In this document: positions 47,101-59,100 of the stretch, in pieces
How positions within the stretch are numbered: position 1 is the first letter of the stretch
How the letters are laid out: the number at the start of each line of letters is the position of its first letter
Source: Phoronis australis
Taxonomy: Eukaryota; Animalia; Phoronida
Direction of reading: 5' to 3'
Length of the DNA stretch: 64,000 nt
Assembly (NCBI GenBank): GCA_002633005.1
Contig: NMRA01000551.1
Coordinates: 220,209 to 284,208 of the forward strand
Program-made: the position numbers and the translations under genes
Notes under the pieces: model-generated
Told to the model about the DNA's origin: nothing
What the model saw: only the letters and a program-made list of their open reading frames with translations
Databases searched by the model: none

Positions 47101-50100
47101 CAATTTCACTTGCAGGATATGTAGAAACTACAGTGCTAATAACGCAGCTCTTTTTGTAACTCTTAATGAGACGTACTAATAACACAGCTCTTTTTGTAAC
47201 TCTTAATGAGACGTGCAACTCGCTTGTCTCAATTCATCTACTGCAATAATAGAATGTAAGCAAAACTTAAAGAAATGTTTACATGTGCACAGAACAGGTC
47301 ACAAATATTTGTTGAATGGGAGACAACGAGGTCATGTCCAGGACAGCAAGGGTCAGCCAGCCCTGTAGTGAGGTATAATTATATACCAGCAATTCAGGGC
47401 CATCTTCTAGACATCCAGCTATCTCCCGTTCAAAAAAATATTCACAAACTGCATGTGCTTTACTTCAGTTTCCCTTAAATTATTTAAAAAAATTAAAGCC
47501 CATTGCAGTGCCATCACTAAAACATTAAAGCCCATTGTAGTGCCATCACTAAAACATTAAAGCCCATTGTAGTGCCATCACTAAAACACAACTGCTTTGA
47601 TCCTTGTTTTGGGTCTTCAACATGCCAGGTTGGCGTTACCAATAACACCCCACAACGTCATGGAGCAAACTAAGTCCACCAATTGTTTCAATGGGAAGAT
47701 TAACCTCCACATTCAGCTCATTAGCACTGCCTGGGGCTTAAAATTAATTTTGGTAGATGATTGTCTCATTAAATGATCTCCTACTGTAATCATGTTAAGT
47801 CACATTAACCAACTCACAGCCAGTGTTGGTGAAAGTCGTAAGTTGCCCAGCGAATTACGGATGTCTTCCACATTTGCTGTCATCACCTTCTCCTGGTTGA
47901 TTGGCTTGATTTCAACTTTGAACTTTCGTTTCTCATCATCACTATCGTCGTCACTGGAGAAGCCCCATGTGGCATCCTTGTGGTCAGGGTTGTGCAGTGA
48001 AGGTTTGATACTAAACCCTTCCTCATCCACTTCAGGGGTGTTCTGATAATAAGCACAGTTACATCCATATTGATGAGAGCAATGCACCAGTTGAATGAAT
48101 CAATGTACATTTCATCTTTATCTACGCAGCTTGCTCGGCTACCCAGAATTGGGTTGACCAAAAGTTGCTTTCGTGCACTGACTACACCAGAAGAGTTACA
48201 TAACAGGTGACTGGTATTAGGCACAGATTATGCAAGAGCACCAACAACTAATTAAATAGTATGTATTACATAAATAGTATGTGTTACATAAATAGTATGT
48301 GTTACATGGAGTGCGAATTATGTGTTACTTACGAGCTCCTTGTCCCAAGTATCTCTGAAATAAAAAACAATTTCATAGGACTATCATGAAAACAGTCAAC
48401 TTACATTTTTTACAAATGAAAACTCAGTGTAATGAGCAAAAAATGAAAAACAACACAATGCTATGAAAATACAATTGATAATAAAAAAGTAAGCTTAGAC
48501 AGCGACGAAAGCACCATAATATGAGCGATGAATCTGTAAAGGCCCTAATGCAGCGCTGTATCAATCAACAGTCAATATAGTTCAAGCTCCTACTCCTACT
48601 CAACAAGTGGTTAAGATCACCGTGTCCTCATTATCCTTCCTAATATGTGATCACTAACTACTCACATTGAGTCTGTGTCTTTACTGTCCCTACTCATGTT
48701 ATCTACACTAATATCTTCACAATATGTGACCACTAACTACTCACATTGAGTCTGTGTCTTTACTGTCCCTACTCATGTTATCTACACTAATATCTTCACA
48801 ATATGTGACCACTAACTACTCACATTGAGTCTGTGTCTTTACTGTCCCTACTCATGTTATCTACACTTCCCCCATCAGAACTTTTCTTCTTTTTCTTTTT
48901 CTTGTCTCGTTTCCGACCGCCGAATATGCCCGACACTGGAATAAAGATGAAAGTTGTTGAATTCATATTATGTACATGTTTTTAGAACATCACGATAAAC
49001 CAGAGATGTTACAGATGCAACAAAAATGGAAGCTGAAACAGTGCCGTCCATATTTAACATCACAACACATGGCTGCACAAAGACAATCTTAATGAAAACC
49101 CAACAGCAGATCAAATTAAAAAATGTTCACTAATGTTCACCAAGATTGCCTGACTAGCAGTTACAATGGAGACATCACAGTAATTCAAGCAAGGCCTTAG
49201 TGCCAGTCCCCCCTCCTTTGTATGCTGTCTATGTGAGTATATACTTGTGGTAACAAGCAATGCACATCTCTTCATTACAACAGTAAACCTGGCACAAAGT
49301 GGATCCTACACGACTGAAGCGACTTTATCACAGTGAGCCAAAATCCGGCTCGTCAGAAGGACAAAGTGTGCAAACTAAAAACAACAGTACCAAAAATTCA
49401 ACTTGTGCATATCCAATCTTGTGAGAGTTTTACTGTAGCCATTAGCAACGTGTTAATTGATGCTCCATCAAACATTTTGCACAGGTGAGAGTTCACAGTA
49501 TTTGTGTCCTCCGTTGTACAAAAAACTACACCCAAATTGTCCGTATATATTCTACTCTGTCAAGAGGGCGATCCTGTGCGCAGCTGTTTTTAGTGTAACG
49601 AAAGGGACAAAATATGGTAGAGCCAACTAACAGACTCAAATGTTTCAAAGAACCTTGTACATATATCACAATCAGTGATTCAATATACTTTACACTGATG
49701 TACTCAATCACCACAACCATAGCTTTATTCTGTGAGCAAGTTACATCAACAATTATAAACGACACAAAATATCTGGCTGCATAACAGGAAAGTAAGCAAG
49801 TACCCCTAACAATCATACACACAACCTCGGACTCACCCGTTCAAATCATTGAATTATATGTACCAACCGTAACATCACAAATACAAACAAAAAATCGTCC
49901 ATACAAACAGTCACGAGAGCAACATTATTTCAACAGGTGGTTAAAAGATTGTATGTCTGATTTTTGTTAACGGCGTCTGATTTTGAGTTCGTACATACAA
50001 TTAAATGATTCAGATGATTGAGTGGTTGATGCGTATAACTGTCTGATACCGTTCATCAACATGAGCTGTGTAGGTCATTAACTGACCTTCCGCATATAAA

Positions 50101-53100
50101 GGCAGTTGACCACATCAATTATGACTCGTTCAACTCAACACATCAACACAACTTAACAACTGGTTTTACAAAAGAAACGTGATGAGGAAATACGCGCAAG
50201 TACTACACCATAAAATAAATAGCAAATGACCAGAACTGGTAAAAAACAAATTTTCAACTTTGCTATGACTTATATATGTAAATGTGTTGCTATGACTTGA
50301 GACATAACAACAAAATGTCCACTGTCGAGAGAATTCACATTTTAAAACAAAAACGACCAGTCGCTTTAAGACTTGGAAAACAAAGATAGTTTCCAAAAAT
50401 GAGGGTTGATAAAAGTTGCCAAGTTTGGCAACGAATGAGTTTCGACTCCAGTTTGGCACAAACTACTGAATTCTGCGCAAATACAGATCCCCTGTCTATA
50501 AAACTATGTTATCAAGTGTTCTACATGTTGGCTGAATGCAGTACACTTCAAAACATAGATGACAACAGCATCACACAGAAACTAAACAACAGCAAAAACC
50601 AACCAATCCGCCTTGTTAGTGAACAGAAACCAACCAATTGCCATCAACCTAAGTCAACCACCAACCAATCAGAGACAAGAAACAGAGAGGTTGCAGAGTA
50701 AGCATGCACTAGTTAGAGGACAACAGCTGTAGAATGTTAGTGAACACACCAAAGGCAGTGGCTGCGAATGAGCGCACTATGCTGGGACTTGGCAAACTAT
50801 CACTGGAGTCTGCAATAAGAAATGGCAGTTGATGGATCACACCACACAGATTAGATAATCGTGGAGATTTGGTAGTTTCCCATCTCACCATAAGACATGT
50901 CCTACCACAAATGGTACTTACAGCATTCAGAAACCTTTACAATTGAAACTAAATTTGACTTCATTTCTAGCAGACAGCTGCAGGTTTGGAGAAAAAAATT
51001 ACGACAAGAAATTTTTGAGGTCACAAGATGTGACAACAGGGGGCATGATGACTACATGTATTTCAACAACATTTGCCAACTTTTGTCTATTTTATCTTTC
51101 CACGTGATATAATTGGTCTCATTTTTAAATAAAACAGAGATCTGTCTGTGAAAGTCAATGCCTGAGAAAAATGCTAACTAAACTACCAGAACTTCTCAAA
51201 TAGGTAAAAAATAGCAGATTATGCTCCCTTATGTAAAACTATGAATATAAAATACTACGCAATATAAAATACTACACAATATACAATACTACACAATATA
51301 CAATACTACACAAATTTACATGGTTTTAAACTTGCCTTCTGTCTCAAGATAAAGTTCTTTAGTTTGACCATTTACCATGATGAAATTGATCTCAAATTGT
51401 TCCTCAGTCAAACTATGTGTGATTTCAGGGCTAATTGAGAACTGACATTTCGTTTACTGTTTGTGAACAACTAGACTTGTCATGGGACGTCATTATATAC
51501 ACCAAGCATGCCCCTGGGGAATAATGACCCATCGGTTCTTTACAAGGCCAAACATAACTTCTCATCTGAATATAGGGCAAATGGAGACAAATTTTATAGC
51601 ACTAAGTGGTCTTAGCTTCTTCGCGCGTTTATTACCAGTTAAAAAAAAATATTCCCCAATTTCATTAAATAGATGCTTGAAAGTGCACCATTGGCACTGG
51701 CAAAGTTTCACTTAACTGTCAGTTGTAGTCTTAGCCACAAGCACTACCACTGTAATGTGAACATTCTTAATAACAAACAAACCACTCTCTGACACACTTC
51801 ATTCAAAGATCTATGGTACCTTCACGTTTCTTCTTTTCTTTCTTTTCCTTTTCTGTACTGTCTACGCTGATGTCATCCTTCTGACCTTCCAACGAGGGCT
51901 CCGGCGACGGCGTGACCACAGCAGGGGGTAGACTGGATAGGTCAGCCTCTTCAAACTCCACCGGACCTAAAGTGGACATGATGGTTAAGTTAAAGCTCGG
52001 TGTGGATTGATAATTAGCGTGTCTAGCAAGCGATCGATTCTTGTTTATAACCACACAAGTAAACTCCTTAAAAAAATCAGTGTACTATCTGTACTTTGCA
52101 CCTAATTTCTAGGAAATTGAGAACAAGGACCTAATCCATACATCTATGTGTTCAGTAGGAAATTCCTGACAATTTGAAATATATCTTAGGAATTTTTGCC
52201 TAACATTGAGAGAACACGGTATTATGGAATTTCGCTAGTCAGAAAACCAAACTCACACAAACAGTGAGCCAGTGATATTGATAAGGGTCAAAACAACACA
52301 GCTTCAATACACAGCTACATGGTAACAACAAGGTTCTTCACAATTATTCTCACAGTAATCACCCAGAATCGTCCTGACAATACTTTCTGGAGGCTACATT
52401 TATGTATAAAACTAGAACAACATCCAATTAATAGGAACTGTACATTTTCACTGCATATGAGTTCATCTCAACCCCCCAAGCCAGCACCATAAACTTGCTA
52501 AAACCGAAAATACAGATTAATTTTCCGGAAGAAAATACATAACAATTTTGACGGATGAAAATTTGTTTCGAATCATTTCATGGGCACTTACAACTTACAA
52601 TCAACGTTGTCAACGAAACAACGTCGCCATCAAAGTTTGAGACTCTTACACAAACGACACTGTTGGATATTTCAACAAGGCCATGTAGCTATCTTTAATA
52701 ATCTTTCCAGACAACAAATGCAGACTAAATTTCTTTAAAATACAGAAGATACAGATCTATTAGAGTCTGTGGATCACAACAAATACCAAGGATTAATTCA
52801 AAATAATGATCACCTGTAATGGACACTCATCTGTAACGCACATTCATGAACCTTAAACACGGGCACTACATTTACGAACACTACATTTATGGAGACTACA
52901 ACAAGCAGTACAACAGTAAGGACTTCCACTCATCTACCTGCATTCATATTCCACAGGTAAATATCTACAAGTTACCAGAGTAACTGTAATCATATTCGGC
53001 TAGACAAGTGAGTAAATTTGAGAATATAATAATGAATAAAAAGATAAATCTGTGATAAAACAAAAAATTCAAAATGTGAAAGCAATATAGACGTGATACA

Positions 53101-56100
53101 AAGTATCACTGTGAGGACAATATCTGCACAGTGCATGCCATTAGCTGCAGTCTGATATCACATGTGACAATTAAAACTGTTCTCTGTTTAAAGGTCGTAT
53201 CATTAGCACACCTGATCAGAGTACAGGTTACTTTGTTTATCATACCTGGTTTTTCCCTGCCTGTAGCCTTGGTCTCCAAAAACAACTGCACAAGTTTATG
53301 GACAGAGAACTGCTGACAGTCAGATCGGAAGTCTTGGTATGCCTGAACAGTGAAAAACACACAGTGACTGTACAGTGTCATGAAACAAATTATATTAACT
53401 AGTTAACGACTTTTTACACGAAAAGAAACTCATTAGTAGTTGGGTAACTGAGTCGGTAATTCATTTTCTAAACTTTTGAAAATGCGCCTTAATGTGATAA
53501 GCTTTATACTTTATTACAGAAATAATTAAAAATAATAGGACCTAGAAAACTTAATAAAGGAAAATTCTGTGACTTTTCAACATTTTGCCAAATGTCAGAG
53601 CCTAATACCTAACTAGGTAACCAGGTGTCATTTTTCTAAAAAAAATGAAACAGTCGAATAATAAGCATTCTCAAAAACAGAAGTTGACATCAGAATAATT
53701 CAAGCCTATTGTTTGTAATGTCTACCTATGGATAACTCAAACATAACAATGACCTGGTACACAAGTTGAGTGTCATTTCTTGCTTGTCAAAGTGAGGATA
53801 CTTTTAAGGAATTGCCGGATGACTTTTTTTCGACATTATTCTTGTGGTATTCGGAATCAGTTTCGACTCCCTGCTTTGTCCACAAAATGGTACCCAGTTA
53901 TCAAAAAAATATTTTAGTCCCTAAAGTTTGCCAAAACGTCCATAAATCCCAGAATTTCCTTTTAGCTATACACTAGAGCTGACTTACACAATCAAACTAG
54001 TATCTCCAGACAGGCATCAGACACATCAAAAGTCACGGAGCTCATTTTGATAGAACAGTCTTACCTGGCCAATACTGGCATGACTTTCATACCAGGAATC
54101 TGCGTATTTGTCCACAAAGTCAATCAGCTGTTGTAAATGTTTTTCCTCGACATCTTGAAAATTCTGCAAGACGATTATGAGGCATTTTAAGAATTTAAAA
54201 ACAACTACCATAACATAGAGATTAATGGAATAACATGATTTTTGCTTTATAACTCTAAAGTATTGAATTTCACAGAAATGGAGGTAGGAGGCAGGGATAG
54301 AAGGAGGCAGGGATGGAGGGAGGTAGAGATGGAGGGAGGTAGGGATGGAGGGAGGTAGAGATGGAGGAGGTAGGGATGGAGGGAGGTAGAGATGGAGGGA
54401 AGCAGGGATGAAGAGAGGGAGGTTGGGAGGGAGGGAGGCTGGGAAAGAAAGAAGCAAGGAGGGATGGAATGCCAGATTACTGTACAGTACTGATGTATGT
54501 CAAAGTGACCCATCAAAAGTGACATCTGGCTTTTTGTTTACTACAACCACCTGCCACAGACAATTATTTGTTTCAACAACAAACATGTGACATGAATGCT
54601 GTAAACTTGAGAGACTATTAAAAGAGCTGTTTATTTACACAGACTAGCCAATCACAATATTGTACTGTTGATAATGAACATTGAGAACCTGTATAAAATC
54701 CAGCTTACTTTACTAGTGTTGGTCATCTTCTCTTCAAACTCATCACGTATTGTACTGTATTTTTCTACAAATCCCTTGTAGTCTTCCACTAGAAAAAGAA
54801 AACAGTCAAGTTCAAATATTATCCATTAACACATAACTTCTCAGGAACTAGTAAAAATATTTCCCACAATGCAAAGCCAAATGACCTCCAAATAGGTCGA
54901 GTATTTCAGACATTTGAGGAACAGAAATATTTAATATCTGTGATAGAATAGAATCGGTCAAATTTTAGAAGGGTTGCCCAACTCATGGTTTTTTGAAGCA
55001 CTTAAGACCCAGATTTATAGTTTTCCGTGCGTCACAAACATTTAAGTTCCCCAAACTTGAAATGGGATCCAAAGTACATCCCACCCACTCCCTTCTTTTA
55101 TTTTCACCTTAGTATGCTAATAACGGACAAGTTGCCGACATTAAAAATAGACTGGATGAAAATAACACAGTGTCTTACAGCAACTCGAAAAGGGAAATAG
55201 CTAGTTTGTAAAGGCCGTTGTCATAGCAGCCAGAGATGCACATTGGCTACAGTTAAATCTCACCAATTGTGTACAAAAATAATTGACAAAATGGGTGTTT
55301 TTCATAAATCTTTCAAAAGCTGATATTGTTGTGAATGCCCACACTTTGTCAGGATCATTGTCTAATGGTGGCCATCGTATACACCACTGATTCACATGTT
55401 GTCTAATGGTGGCCATCGTATACACCACTGATTCACATGTTGTCTAATGGTGGCCATCGTATACACCACTGATTCACATGTTGTTTATGAAAAAAATGTA
55501 AAAACAAAATTTTTCTTATTGATAATGTGCTATCCTAAATTCGTGAGATTTTACCATAAATGAAGGTGGCACAAATATACTAGGTTGTTTATTTTTAGAG
55601 CGCGTTGCTGGCGAGCTGTCACGTTGGTCTGAGGTTTGTCTGTTATAAATGTGACTTCTAAAGTTATAATTTCAGGATTTTTAACCTTGGGCCTATCTAT
55701 TTAAAATGCTCAGGATGTTCATCAAGGTAACAGACACAGCCTGTCACAGTAACACAAATTTGATACCAATTATGCAGTTTTGACTGTGCTTCTCCAACAG
55801 TTAAACAGAAGGAAATATATTTTTTAATTTATGACCAACCACCAGGTTACGAGGTGTGCGCTACAAAGCTAAACTATCAATGCTGGAATATTGAAGCCTG
55901 AGTACTACAATGGTAGCAGACGACAGACACAGCTCTTTCACATGACAAGAACTTCACTAGTAGCAGACGATACACGCATAACTTTCCCATGACAACAAAT
56001 ACTGCATTGCTAGCAGATGACACACACATCTCTTTCACACGACATCTACCAGTGACCTACTTGCACGTTTGTATTTCGTTTCTGCCTTTTCCAGATCCTT

Positions 56101-59100
56101 CTGTGACCCATTCTCCCGCTTTAACCGTTCATACTCTAGACAGCGAGCGTGATACGTCTCTCTGGCCTGCAGCAGTAAAAGACAAATAAAATGAACATCA
56201 ACGCTCTCAGTCACAAAAGGGTGCCAACAACACACAGTTGAAATCTACCCTCAACTGAGAGCATTTGTATTGTGTGTAATTTGTTAAGATTGACAGTAAC
56301 TGTAGTAAACTGCTGATTATTTTTAAGTGCACACGAACATTTGTCAAAAGGTTTCTAATAAACTACGAAAGAGAGAGAGACGGGCACTTGACGGTAAAGC
56401 CATCGCGGTACAATTCACCACAGTTGTACCAACCTTGTAGAGTGACGTGGTAGTCTGCTGTATAGCGTTCACGGTTTCCTGCGTGCCAGCCTCACTCTCC
56501 TTCACCTGTAAACATCAAAAAACTGGTTCAGAAAAACTGATTGAAGATGAGTCTAAAGTCATTATAAACCGTGTTGCCGTGTCAAAAACATTGACTATCG
56601 TCACGGATGTACTTGCCCTTCCATAGCAACGTCATGGCGATTTTATATTTTGATGGAACTGAAATTAGTTACAATTAATGGCCTGGAATTAATTCCCTAT
56701 GACCTCAATACTGCGTTGGTGACTGAAACAAAGCTGTCATGACAAGCAACTTAATGGGCCAGGTTTGAACCAATCACAATCTGTTGGTTCTGCTCGAGCC
56801 TAAAAATCATTTCTAATTTAGGTAAAGAACAAGATGAGTCCAATTTTACAATAATAGTATGTGGCATAAATCTAATGTTCTATCTTTAGGCGGGTTTATT
56901 GTCCCTTGAACACCAAAAATTTGTCTAATAAGGTTGAAATTTGTGCTAAATCAAGACTGAAGATGAAAGTTTGGAACAGAACGTTTCATGAACACAAAGG
57001 CAATTATTGGTCTATGGTCATAACTCAGGAAATGTGCTAAATCCAGTTTTAGGAATATTCGGTGATTTTCCACTCTAATGGTCATTTGTTTACAACCTTG
57101 GGGAACCTTAAGTAATAGTGCAGTCTCTCCTTTAATGTTATATATTTATTAGTTAGGCTTAAAAGCTTGTATTTCTGCGAAATAGACAAATACTGCATGT
57201 TCTCCATGTTACACGAGTTTGCTATGCCCCATCCCCTCCCTGGGAATAACACGACACAGTCTTGTGAATAATATAATATTACAACTTCAAACAGGTCAAA
57301 CATGTCACTAAAAACTGAGCTGTCACACTAGAATCCTAGTCTAAACCCCTCCCTGTGAATAACACGATAGTCTTGTGAATAATATTAAATTACAACTTCA
57401 AACAGGTCAAACATGTCAGCACAAACTGAGCTGTCACACTAGAATGCCAGACTACACATATGCCTAAAATGACGCAAAGAGGGCCTGACAGAAATTCCTA
57501 CGCGCATTACATCTGCTTTATCTAAAGCACACCAACTAACGCCAACTTATTTCACCAGGCAATCAATGGGCGCACCTGAGTGGCATGCACACATCTGGTA
57601 TGTGTACAAGACCGCCTGCAATCATTTTTTATTTTACCAATTTTTTATGATCTTTTTCCGAAAAAGCAAACCTGTTTCGTAACTTTGAACGCAACACGAC
57701 AACGACAACTGTAGAGTTCCAACTCACCGCCTTGTGAATCTTGGCCTGTGTGGCTGCATAATCAGTCACTTCCTTTATCAGAGCTTGCCACTTCTTCACC
57801 AACTCCACGTGCAACGTCGACAGCTTCTCCGCAAAAGACTTCAACACTTGCCAATAGGGGGCAAAGCTCCTGTGACCAAACACAACGGTTAGCGATTTAT
57901 TGACAACAGTGGTAAAGGAATTCACTTCAGCAGGCAAAATTGTCAGATACATTTGAATACTATTGTTTGTAAATTACCTCAGAGTCATGGTCCTTTGTAC
58001 GACAATAGTCATCTACAGGGGTCTCAGATTTTGAGAACCATCTTGATGCTGGTTATTCAGTAGATAAAAATGGTTCTCAAAAAGCAGGACCCTTCTAAGT
58101 TACTATTAACCGTTTGTATTCTCAAATATTTTCCATTCACAAAAAGGAAAAACAAAAATTATTCCAACAAAAAGCTCAGTAAGTAGCACCAGGACAGGTT
58201 TATTCAGAATTTCAAGAACACTGAACTCTGCTAAGCTCAACAAGGTTTGTTCAGGAGAATTTCAAGAACACTGAACTCTGCTCACCTCAGCAAGGTTTGT
58301 TCAGGAGAATTTCAAGAACACTGAACTCTGCTCAGCTCAACAAGGTTTGTGCAAGAGAATTTCAAGAACACTGAACTCTGCTCAGCTCAACAAGGTTTGT
58401 TCAGGAGAATTTCAAGAACACTGAACTCTGCTCAGCTCAACAAGGTTTGTTCAGGAGAATTACAAGAACATTGAACTCTGCTCAGCTCAACAAGGTTTGT
58501 TCAGGAGAATTTCAAGAACACTGAACTCTGCTCAGCTCAACAAGGTTTGTTCAGGAGAATTTCAAGAACACTGAACTCTGCTCAGCTCAACAAGGTTTGT
58601 TCAGGAGAATTTCAAGAACACTGAACACTGCTCAGCTCAACAAGGTTTGTTCAGGAGAATTACAAGAACACTGAACTCTGTTCAGCTCAACAAGGTTTGT
58701 TCAGGAGAATTACAAGAACACTGAACTCTGCTCAGCTCAACAATGGTTAAATAACTTGAATTTAATGAAGTTGGAGCTACCACATTACCGACTCAAGTCA
58801 AAGAGTTGAAAACTTTGTCCTGCATTGTATAAATAAGAATGCAGTCGAGTGACAAAATTAGCTGAAATACATAGTACGATTGCAAGCAACGATATAAACA
58901 TGTACCGCACTGGTCGGTGTTAACGACCAGTTTCCTGGTATCAAACCGGTTCTCGAAATTCGAGTAGCTCCCTGGGGATTACCCGGATAGGCTGTTCTCG
59001 TAAATGACATCCCCAATATCTCGTCATTAAATGCCAATCTCAGATAACGTATCCCCACACAACCAATGCCCCTCCCCGCTTTTTGTATTCCAAAAAATTT

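Noticed and set aside
54026-54590. Pro/Ser/Leu-rich ORFs
   Set aside because: They translate the purine/pyrimidine low-complexity tract. Only 54065-54163 is coding.
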